From Vermamoeba vermiformis (lineage: Eukaryota), in the NCBI GenBank assembly GCA_045837725.1, contig JBEWZL010000109.1, positions 372,001 through 436,000 on the forward strand: DNA of 64,000 nucleotides, in the 5' to 3' direction. Under the pieces are notes generated by a model that searched no databases, was not told the origin of the DNA, and saw nothing but the letters and a program-made list of their open reading frames with translations. The translations under genes were made by a program, and so were the position numbers. Every line of letters starts with the position of its first letter. Position 1 is the stretch's first letter. Positions 1 to 11,222 of this stretch are shown here, piece after piece.

Positions 1-2590
1 GCAAACATCTTCTCATTGCAATCGTTGCATTCGATGAGCAGTCTCGGACACTGATTTCTGTGGCCGTTGTAATTGCGAGCAGTGAATGAGCCGTTGCAGT
101 CAGGGCACGTCAAGAGCTGTTCGGGGCAGTTGCTCTCGTGCACCGCCAGAGAGGCTAGCTCCACATATCCGCGACACCATTTGCACGGCCACTTCCCGCA
201 CTGAGTCAAATGTTTGTCCAAGTCACCGGCGACGAAGGAGTTTCTTACATTTCTTGCACGCCAACTGACGCTTCGGGCACAAACCTGACACGTGCCAGTA
301 GTAATCACTGACAGAGACTTGCTGTTGGCACATCGAGCATGTCTTTCGTTGTTTCGGGCATTGAAACGTAACATGATGATTGTACAGGTAGGCACTGATT
401 TGTACTTGACACTTCTCGCACGTAACTATTCTAGCCGTGCAGTGGTTTGCCAAGTGATCCTCGCACTCACTTGGTGTGATCAACTTGCGACACTTTTGAC
501 ACGGAGTCTTGCGTCGAGGACAGTCTTGATTAGTGTGCTGCGAGAGCTCAGTGGTGACCAGTTGCTGACCGCACTGTTGACACGCGACCATTCTTCTGCG
601 GCATTGGCTTGACACGTGTTGGTCGTAATTGCGGGCCGTAACATTTTCTTTGCATTGTGAGCACTCTAACATCCGTTTAGGACAGCGCTTCACGTGCTCT
701 TGATAATCACTCGCGGCGTAGGATATTTTGCACGTGGCACATGGCAGTACACGTCTTGGACACTGAGTTGACAAGTGCTTGTTGTAGTCGTCGACAGGTA
801 CTTGCTCTTTGCACTTCGGACACGGCACTTGGCGCTTTGAACAGTCTTTTGATCGGTGCTGATCACGATAGCTCGCAGTGAATCGTTCTTTGCAAAGGTC
901 ACATGTCACGACTCGTCCTGGGCATTGAGTAGACATGTGTAGCTCGATGAAGTTGGCAGCGTACTGTCCCTGACACCCGTTACATGTTACTTGTCGTCTC
1001 GGGCATTGGCTTGACATGTGTTCGTCGAGCACATTGAATGCAACAGACCTGTGACATTGTTGACATGATACTCGTCGCATAGGACACTGTTGAAGGTGAA
1101 TTTTTTCCGTGTTTGGTTTAAATATCGTCCCACATTGATTGGGACAACTAATGCGTCTTTCTGGGCACTTCTCCAAGTGAACGTTTGCGTACATTTTCTT
1201 GAAAGCTCCGTGGCACTCGGGACATGTGAGTGGCATGTGATCGCATTGGTGCTCTTTGAGATCACGTCTGAGCATTCCTTGCTTACAACCGTAGTTGCAC
1301 GACACCAGCTTAAAGTCGCACTTGTCGAGGTGCTTTCTCAATGCATTCTTGTTTCCCTTCAAAATCATCACCGGACATCCTCGTGTGCTGTTGGGGCAAG
1401 GCACTTCGGAGTATGCGCAAGCTTGAACATGTTTTTGCAAGAACTGCCTTTGAACTTCAACAGTGCACTTGTCATTCGTGCATTTGGTTAACTGATACGG
1501 ACAGGTGCTTAAATGACGACTAATATACTCCTTGTAGGTCATTTGTCCCACGCATCCATTGTCGCATATTACACGTCTATTAAACCACCAAATTAGTAAA
1601 AAACCGGTCGGAGATTTCCGTTGGAATACCTCAATTCACACTGCTGGGTCTCGTGATTGGCGATGTCTTTTCTGACGAGCATGTAGCCACAAGCACGGCA
1701 TGGTACCTTGACCATTTCACAGATGTTGGACAGATGTTCTTCGATCAATCTGCGCATGATTCGTTGTTGACACTTTTGACAGCTGACGAGCAAGTTCTCG
1801 GGATTGAACTCGCACTTGACACGATGTTGTTCGATCTCACTGACCGTTGACCAAGCATTGCAATCTTTGAACTCGCATTGAACGGGCTTTTTTCTGATCA
1901 ATCGTCTGATTGGCTCGTTGGCAGTCCATTCAACAATCTTTCGGCAGTTCGGACATTTTCGGCCATTTTGTTCGATGCATGGCAAACAAAAGATGTTCTT
2001 GCAGCAATTGCCTTCCACGGCTTCTTTCAGTAAATCGAAACAAATTGCGCAATTGAGTTCCTCGAGAGTTAGTCGTCCAAATCTGGTTTCATAAAGTTGA
2101 TCTGAGTTCTCTTTGTCTTTTTGTCCAATTTCCTCCAGAGCATCTCTTGCAAAGGGGTTCATGGGGTGCATTACGTTGGTATTGTTGTTATTGAGAACAT
2201 TTAACATTAATTCTTTCGGATCGGGGCTGTCAAGGCGAGCGCAAAGTACTCGCAGTATAAATTCGGACGGATGAACAGACAACGCTGAATTTCTCCGCAC
2301 TATGATACATATTGCTTTGAATTCGGGTTCTTGAAGAAGAACGGAAAGTTTGCCTGGATTTTGGTGATGAATTAAAATTACGGAACTTAACAATAAAATT
2401 AATTAAAATAATTACCATCGTAGGTAGGCAATCTACCATAATATTGTTTAAATTTAGAAGGCAGGGTTCCGAGCTCTAGTTGTTCTAATTTTTCAACCAG
2501 AAAGCAATTTACAATGACTCGCCAGTATCTCTCCAAATCATTGATAGTTTGAGGCTTGGCGAGCTTGGCGATGAATTCTAATAGCTCCAT
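1..2590 (-). CDS. LOTUS-like + RING + TRAF-type zinc-finger array protein, copy 1 (3' end runs off the window; +1 frameshift near 243)
   Basis: ATG 2590 (MELLEFIAKL); GT-AG introns ~2415-2354 and ~1628-1578; RING CAICFDLLKEAVEGNCCKNIFCLPC..CPNCR; about 20 CxxC-x11-H-x3/4-C repeats. Repeats continue in the +1 frame past the TGA at 223-225 (GDLDKHLTQCGKWPCKWC..CPDCNGSF). Confidence 0.85.
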
Positions 2591-2786
2591 CGCTATTAAC
2601 CTGATGAAATTTAAAATTTAATTTGATTGATTGATTTGATCTGAAAGAACTTGACAAAACACTTACTATCATGACATGTTGGTTACCGAAGTTTAGTCCG
2701 CTGGATAATGAATTAAAAAAAGAAATCGAACGGAGAATTCGATCAAGTCACGTGCCTTTCGACATCTTTTGACACTTGAACCGAGG

Positions 2787-4864
2787 TCAATTAGAACAGA
2801 CATGCATCTTGCGAGTGAATGCAGGCATCGATTCTTTGCAATCAGGACACTGCACTTCACGCATTGGACACTTCTCAGAGTGCCTCGCAATGATGTTCGC
2901 AGCATATCTATTTTGGCAGTGTTGACACGGGACAGGCCGTTCAGGGCATATCGCTTCGTGACTTTCTACCTCGGAGAAATGAAACTCCTTGTGGCACGAG
3001 CCGCACCGTTCGGTTCGTTGGATGCACTTGCCAAAATGGGAACTCACTGCCTCCCATGTGAGCTCTTCTTTGCATGCCGCACACCAAACAGATCGCTTCT
3101 TGCACTCGTGCGACAGATGACGTTTGTAATCGCCCGCGTTGACCGGATCAGCACACTTTTCGCACTTGACTATTCTCATCGGACATTCTTTTGCTTCGTG
3201 GTGGCCAATTGAAGATGCCATTACTTGATCGCCGCACAATTGACACTCTACCGAACGTTGCGGGCAGCTACTTGACGTGTGTTTGGCGAGAGAGGCAGCA
3301 ACGACTGACGTCAAACACTTTGGACACTGCACTTTTCTACGTGAGCATGACGATTGAATGTGCTGTTGCAAATTGTTCTTCGAGACACTCGTGCCACATT
3401 TGTTCGGACATTTGATTTGCTGTGCAGGACAGGTGTCATTGTGCCTCTCCAAATCTTTCTTCTTAAGTACTTTAGCACAATCAGGGCACTTCACCGACAT
3501 GTGGTCGCACGTGTGCTTCTTCACATCTCTTCGTAGTATCTGTTGGTCGCAGCCGTGCTCACACTTCACAAGCTGAAAGTCACAAGTCGCAAGGTGCAAG
3601 TGTACTGCTCCCCGAAGTGGCTTTGCTTTGCAGCCTTGCGCACAGTTCGGACAGTCTATTTCGACGTAGTTGCACTCGCGATTGTGCTCTTGTAACAATC
3701 GTCTTTGCACTCGTACAAGACAGTTCCTGTTACTACATTGAACCATTTGATGTGAGCAACTGTTGAAATGCACCTCGTTGAACTGCTTGTAAGTCATTTG
3801 CTCGCCGCATCCGTGAGCACAAGGGATTAATCTGCGTGCGGCAATGATATTAGATAACTTTGTAACACATCGTGTGCAATGTACCGGAATTCGCAGAACT
3901 TTGTTGAGTGTTCGGCGAGATCTTTTTTGACGACCACTTTTCCGCAAGTGTAACACGGTACTTTGTTCATCTCGCATGCGTTGGATAGATGTTCTTCCAT
4001 CAAGTTGCGCATGATTCGTTGTTGACACTTCTGACAGCGGGCGAGAAGACTATTGGGATTGAACTCGCACTTGACACGATGTTGTTCGATCTCACTGACT
4101 GTTGACCACATACCACAGTCCTCATAGTCACATTGAATAGGCTTCTTGGCGATCAGTCGTCTGATTGGCTCGTTGGGTGTCCACGTGACGACTTTTCGAC
4201 AGTTCGGACATTTGCGACCATATCCTTCAATGCACGATGCACAAAACAGATTCTTGCAGCAGTTTCCTTCGACTGCGTTCTTCAGTAGCTCGAAGCAAAT
4301 GCCGCACGTGAGTTCTTCTGAAGTCAATCGACCGAACTTTGTGTCGGAGTTTCGTTCGGTTCCTTCAAGCTCCTTGATTGCGTCTAAAGCAAACGGATTT
4401 TGTCTCAGTTCGCTCTTCTCGTTTGTTATTGTAATATTATTGACAATATTGCTGTTGGTGGTGCCATTGGTTGGATGTAGTTTTAACCGCTGCTGATCCA
4501 GATCGTTGAATTGAGCACGAAGGATTTGCAGAAGAAAATTAGCTGGCCTTATCCATAATTTGGAGTGTTTTGTCGTCAAATAGCATATTGGTTTGAATTC
4601 AGGTTCTTGTACTAGAGCATTAAGTTTGCCTGGATTCGAAAAATAATTTTTAAAAATCAGAACCACAGTTATTTTCCAATTACAATTACCGTTTAGCGTT
4701 GAGCGTTGACCATAAAATATTTCATAATAATGTGGAAGAGAATCGAGTTGTAGTTCCTCTAATCTGTCAACCAGAAAGCATTTCACGATTAGTCGCCAGT
4801 ATCTCTCCGCTTCAGTAGGACCATTTATATTTATGAGCTTAGTAATGAAATCTACTAACTCCAT
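2787..4864 (-). CDS. LOTUS-like + RING + TRAF-type zinc-finger array protein, copy 2
   Basis: ATG 4864 (MELVDFITKL); two introns at the same positions as in copy 1; RING CGICFELLKNAVEGNCCKNLFCASC; about 15 zinc-finger repeats; no MATH domain. Confidence 0.85.
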
Positions 4865-5114
4865 TAACGCGATATCTTCGCACAACTAGCTAAAAAATAA
4901 TAAATATATTGCAAGTTCCGCATATTCTTGCTAGTGCATCGACTGATGCTCACCTGTTGTTACTATGACATATTGCGTATCTGATATAACGAGAGAAAAT
5001 TGAAAGGAGACTATGGGCGCGAAAAAAAAGTATGAAAAAAGTTTATAAAACTGTTCAGTTGCGACACGAATGTAAAGTAAATGAAAGAGTACCCTTTAAT
5101 CTTGAAAGGATCTC

Positions 5115-7115
5115 CTACCCTTTAAGCGCAAATAAGGCCTGCATCTTGCGGTCTTCACATTCTTGGTAGTGCTTCTGGAGATAGCTTGCGGCGAATATCT
5201 CTTTGCAGTACGAGCACGTGACGCCTCGTTCTGGGCACACTTTTATGTGCCTTGGCAAATTAGCTATGCGGAAGAATTTGCAGCACTCGGGACACTCCTC
5301 GGATCGCTCGGGACATTGCTCCATGATGTGAGTGACTTGCTCTTCTTTAAGAAATTGCGCCCGGCACAAGCGGCACTTGACAAGTAGTTTGCCACACAAA
5401 CGAGTCATATGCTCCTCGTATTCAAGTGCACAGACCAGCGTGGTGCATTTGGGACACTTGCTGAGTCGAATTGTACATTCTTTTGCTTCGTGATGTGCGA
5501 GAGAGGATGCAATCAGTTTCGTTCCACAGAGGCATTTAACCACACGCTGCGGACAATGATTTGTCACGTGTTTGGCAAGCGAGGCAAAGACCATTGATTC
5601 TTCACACTTTGAGCACTCAACTTTTCTACGAAGGCAAGACGATCGGACATGTTCCTGCAAGTCTTTCTGCATCACACCCGCGCCACAATTGTTGGGGCAG
5701 TTGACTGGTCGTGACGGACATTCGTCTTTGTGCCTCTCCAAGTCCTTCTTCTTGATTAATTCTGGACAATAAGGACATTTCACTGGCGTGTGGTCGCACG
5801 TGTGCTTCTTGTAGTTGCGTTTGATGATCTGTGCGTCACACTCGCACTGGACGAGTTGAAAGTTACACGTCGCAAGGTGTTGCTGAGTAAGGCCACGAAG
5901 AACATTCTGTTTGCAGCCATGTTCATTATTAGGGCAGTTGATAATAGCGTAATCGCACACTTGCTGGTGTTCTTGTAAGAGCTGTTTTTGCACTCGTGAA
6001 GGGCAATTCTTGTTGCGACATTTAACGAGCCGATGCGAACAGGTGTTGACGTGCTTAGTGTATTGTTTATAAGGTATTTCTTGCCCACATCCATGTGCAC
6101 ACAATACACGCCTAATACAACGTCAGATCAATTTAATTCTAATGTTTTAGAGATTCTACGTACCTGAAGTCGCAGAGTTGGGCCTCGTGTTCAACAAGAT
6201 CTTTTCGCACGATCATCAATCCGCAGTCGTGACACAGCACGTCATTCAGTTCACAGGTGTTGGCTAGATGTTCTTCCATCAAGTTGCGCATGATGCGTTG
6301 TTGACACTTCTGACAGCTGACTAGCAAACTGGTGGGATTGAACTCGCACTTGACACGATGTTGTTCGATCTCACTGACTGTTGACCACATACCACAGTCC
6401 TCATAGTCGCATTGAATAGGCTTCTTGGCGATCAATCGTCTGATTGGCTCATTGGGTGTCCACGTGACGACTTTTCGACAGTTCGGACATTTGCGACCAT
6501 ATCCTTCAATACACGATGCACAAAACAGATTCTTGCAGCAGTTTCCTTCAACTGCGTTCTTCAGTAGCTCGAAGCAAATGCCGCACGTGAGTTCTTCTGA
6601 AGTCAATCGACCAAACTTTGTGTCGGAATTTCTTTCGGTTCCTTCAAGCTCTTTGATGGCATCCAACGCAAATGGATTGAGAATTCCTTCCTTGTTTTTA
6701 ATGTTGTTGTTGTATTGTTAATATTGCTGGTAGATTGGATTGCAATTTCAGATCAGCAATATTTTGCTGAAGACGAAGAATGTGGATGAGAAAATCGGAA
6801 GGCTTGATCCATATGCTTGATTGTATTGTTGTCGTACAGCATATTACTTTGAACGCAGGTTCTTGCACAAGAACGGAAAGTTTGCCTGAATCCAAAGCTT
6901 AAAATCTGTAAGAGCTTTGATTGCAAAGGGAACTTACCATTATATGGAATTTGTCGGTCGTAGTATTTTTTAAAATAGTCGGGAAGGGAACTAAGTAGTA
7001 GTCCTTCAGATCTGTCGACAAGAAAAAGTTTTACCAATAATCGCCAATATCTCTCCTTATCATCGCTCGGATTATTCGTATGCACAATCTTAGCGATGGA
7101 TTCTAATAGTTCCAT
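5115..7115 (-). CDS. LOTUS-like + RING + TRAF-type zinc-finger array protein, copy 3 (+1 frameshift ~6700-6720)
   Basis: ATG 7115 (MELLESIAKI); same exon structure. The exon 2 frame ends at TAA 6698-6700 and resumes +1 as NNNIKNKEGILNPFALDAIKE into the RING. Confidence 0.8.
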
Positions 7116-7431
7116 ATTCTAAGCCTAAGATAAATCAACATTAGATCCGGATTGGTGTGGTGAGTTTGTATTGTAAGCTCACCTGTTGCTATCAAGCAAA
7201 ATAAATTGAAAAATTGCACGAGTAGTCAAACCAGGAGGATTTGGCCAAGGAAAACTTGCTGGTTTATGCATCCTTTATCCTTAATTGTTCCGTAATTACG
7301 GAATAATAGCTCTTTGCAAAGCGGATCTATCGTAGCGAAGGTGCAGCTCCAAGTACACTTACGGTAAGTATGACTGAGCTTATTGTTAACGCTGACCTGC
7401 TCTTTCGATGGCAGAAGTGCCTCGTACTCGT

Positions 7432-9122
7432 TCATTCGTACTGCTCTTCTTTCAACAAGGTCAATGCGTCTTCAGTGAGTTGCGTCAAGGTCACTGAATC
7501 GTTCAACACGTCAACAAGCCCTGCAATGCCATCGCTATCAAGGATCATTCCTGTGATTTTGCCAGCCAGGTGCGCGTTCTCATTGATGCTCTTCAAGTGC
7601 TTCGTGACCCGTGCGTACAACAGATCGCCCAACAAGTTGCGTTGTTGTTCTAGACTGCTGCTATTGGCTCAAATCATCCACTGTAATGATTTGATTGTTG
7701 TTGGGGATAGGTTTGGCTTGTTGGCTAGGAGCAGAAGTGTTGTCGCGTGAAGGCTTGTCTTGGTGTCGGTCACGGTAGTTGTCACGATGATTGTTGTAGC
7801 CATTGGATCTTGAACGATACGTTGTATAGCCTTGTGTGTCGGGCACAAAGTCCTTCTTATAAGGTCTGTTTGATTGGTGTCTATTGACAGGTTGGACACG
7901 TCGTGGAACATGGTCCCGAGAAGTGACTCCAGAACCACCATTGAAGCTCATGTAGAGCTCTTCAGGCATGTTCGGCCGTCTGCCCTTCGTGCGCACAGTG
8001 TGTTGTTGCATCAACTTGCGCCGTCGTTGTACATTAGGCACGCGCAAGTGTATTTGCAGAGGCCTCGAGAAACCAGGGAGAACACGACCGTTCATCTTGT
8101 CGAAGGCCCTCTGTGCTGATTCAGATGTAGTGAACCATATAAAGGCCGAATTAACTCCTCGATTGTCAGTCATTACACGTGCTGCTCGGATGTTGCCGTA
8201 AAAGTGGTTGAATCCGCTCCACAACTGGCCTTCAGTCACATCATCTTCCAAGTCCTTAATATATAGTATAACACCAGCATATTTAGTGAGATACTCTTGT
8301 CTTAATCGTTCGTATTTTTTGCGTAACTCGATCTTGTTTTCAGTTTGAGCGATGGTGTTGTCAGGATTGAATTCGCATGTAATTCGATGTTGTTCTATTT
8401 CTCCGATTGTTGACCATGTGGTGCAATTATTATAGTCACATTTAATTGGTTTCTTAGCGATCAGTCGTCTGATCGGTTCATTGGGTGTCCACGTGACAAC
8501 TTTTCTGCAGTTCGGACATTTTCGGCCGTACTTTTCAATGCACGACATGCAAAATAAATTCTTGCAACAATTTCCTTCAACTGCGTCCTTCAATAGCTCG
8601 AAACAAATGCCACAACTAAATTCTTCTAACGTCAACTTGCCGAATCTGGCTTCGTATTGATGCTCTTCCTTTTCTTTTAGTGCAAGTTGTATAAACGGAT
8701 TATTTTTGTTTGATATATAATCATCATCAGTGTTATTTGCGGCATTGGCTGGATTTGTCGTATCAAATCCGTTACTGACAACTCGCTGCAAGAAATCTGA
8801 TGGCTGAATCCACACTGCTGATTGTATTATTTTTGTATGGCATATTGTCTTGAATTCTGGCTCTTGAAGAAGAGCAGGGAGTTCGCCTGGATTTGATATT
8901 TTTTAATTTTCTGAACTTTATCGATTATTTTTGGTATAAATTACCGTTATTAAACGAGGCAAATCGACCATAATAATGTTTGAATAAAACAGGCAGAGCT
9001 TCTAATAATACCTGTTCTAATCCGTCAACAAGGAAGCAGTTTACGATTATTCGCCAATATCTCTCTTTATCATTGCTTATATTAATGCTTCCAAACTTGA
9101 TGATGAATTCTCGCAGCTTCAT
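7432..9122 (-). CDS. LOTUS-like + RING + zinc finger fused to PABP-derived RRM4, linker and MLLE/PABC domain (copy 4; +1 frameshift ~7661-7670)
   Basis: Same N-terminal domain, intron 1 and RING as copies 1-3. Then ELRKKYERLRQEYLTKYAGVILYIKDLEDD..AFDKMNGRVL (PABP RRM4-like) and, in the +1 frame, EQQRNLLGDLLY..LAGKITGMILD (MLLE-like). Confidence 0.85.
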
Positions 9123-9407
9123 CGCCTCGATCTGCCTAATCAAAGTAAAACAATTAATAATTTAAAAAAAAAGGCGAAAATTATGAGCTCATTAAATTCA
9201 ATTCCAGCGGGGAAAAGTACACCGACACTATTTACCTACTTACGTGTTGCTATTTTCTCATTAATAGTGTTAATTTTCCGTTTGGTGACACGATTTTTTT
9301 TTGGCGTCAAGTTGTTTGATCTATTTCCGGCTGAGTCTTTAAATTCAATTTTGGCAGCAAGACCAGAATATACACGCACCATTAATTAGATTATATTTAT
9401 AATCAAT

Positions 9408-11144
9408 ATGGCCGAGTTAACGACCAATGGTGAATTGGATCAAGCAGAAAAAGATCTGCTTGTAGCTATGAAGCTGCAACTCGAGAACAATACTGGGTCA
9501 GAAGATGAACGAGGAAATATAGCACATACACTCGCATTTACTAAATTTTATCCGTGGAATAACGCTACAAACAGTAAGAAATTAATTAAAAATAGTGGTC
9601 TTTAAATTATCTTTGTAAATTTCGTTAGGTTAAGCTTGATCGAGTATTAATATAATTTTTAAATATTATTTAGGACTTATTAAACAATATTGGCTCGAAA
9701 TTGAAGGCATGAAAGTCCTCGTAGATGCGTTAAGACGAGCCCCCGAAGGCACCACTCTTCAAATGAACTTAGCTTCAGCAATCTGGTGCTTTGGGGAATC
9801 AGGTATAATTATATAATATAATAAGAGTTGTGATTATTATTTTTTGTGTCAAATCCGGTCTAGGAAATTTAATTTAACGAAATTTAATTTCAATAGAGAA
9901 ACTGTCCTTGGAAGCCGTTAAAGCTGGAGCAGTATCCGTAGCTATATCCTTATTAAAATCGAGCTTTTCTCAAGTAGCTCAAAAAGGAATAGGCAAGTGG
10001 ATCCATTTTAAAAATTCGATCGCGATCTTGCTGACAAAATTTCTTCGTTTTAATTCCAGGAATGCTAATGGGATTTATCGTGCATGAGGAACTATTAGAT
10101 ATGATGGTAGATGAAGGCGTTATCGATGTGTTTGCGGATCTAGTACTGAATTTTAATGAGCAAAACATTTCCGACGGAGATTCGTCCCGACTTGTGGCAA
10201 CAATTCAATCTACTATCAATAATTGTACGTATAATATATCTTTATTAATTATATATAGCGATATTATGACCGAAGGATGTATTTGAATATTTTAATTGAT
10301 GTTTTTATCCAACAGATAACTGCCGCGGTCGATTACTAAAAATAGCTCCACACTTGGTGAAATTTCTGTCCAAAAATAGCTATTACAATACAGCCCTTAA
10401 TATACAATTGGCAACACTGAATCATAGCGGTGCTGTGTTGGCCGCGCTGGCTAACGACGGTAAGGTGTCACCATTCAATATTTGCAGTACATTTCCTAAT
10501 TAGGCAAAACCGTTGAAATTCGTACATCCTATAGTAGGGCCCGTCTTTTAATTATTTTTGCATTTGCGAAGTTAATACGAGTCAGTCATCTTACGAATTT
10601 CAATTTGCAGATCGGATCTACTCGTACGTTTCACAAGAAGATATTTCAAAAGCGTTAACGAGAGCTACCAAACGATTATATGCTGAAAAGTTGGCCCAGG
10701 CAGAGCAGAGTTTATCATATGTGTGGACGTACTTCAATCGATTCATACAGCTGTTTGAGAGCGATCACGTGCTGGTCAGGCGTTATTGTGCATTTTCAAT
10801 GGCTTATTTAGCCATATCAGGCAAGTACTTAACACATAAATACCCTAACGTGTCACTACAATACTTTGACACGTGTCAAGTTTGAGTCACTTTCAACTAA
10901 CAAATTCGGTCCTTCAGAAATGAACCGAACAAAACTGATTAACCAAGGACTACTCGGTAGAATACAAATGTTAACATTTTCAAAAGACAAAAAGACAAGA
11001 AAGTTCGCACAAAGTGCAATGAAACGATTCGATCAGCCGTTCGTGGCTTCACTGCAGACCTTTGCGTATTGGAAGTTGCTGGAAAAAGAAGGCGCCAGTC
11101 GCTGCCAACAGATCATAGCCGAGTGTAACATAACTGTACAGTAA
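9408..11144 (+). CDS. Armadillo/HEAT-repeat protein, multi-exon
   Basis: Spliced helical repeats such as LQMNLASAIWCFGES, AVKAGAVSVAISLLKS, VRRYCAFSMAYLAIS and NRTKLINQGLLGRIQMLTFSKDKKTRKFAQSAM. Confidence 0.65.
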
Positions 11145-11222
11145 AAACCTTCGAATGTAAAAATACGTTCAACATGTTTATTCTATTCATCATTTATATA
11201 ATACTACATAGTAATACAGTGC

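Noticed and set aside
2670-4972. Met-Ser-stop uORFs in the 5' leaders of zinc-finger copies 1 and 2
   Set aside because: Too short to separate from chance or shared ancestry; not seen in copy 3.
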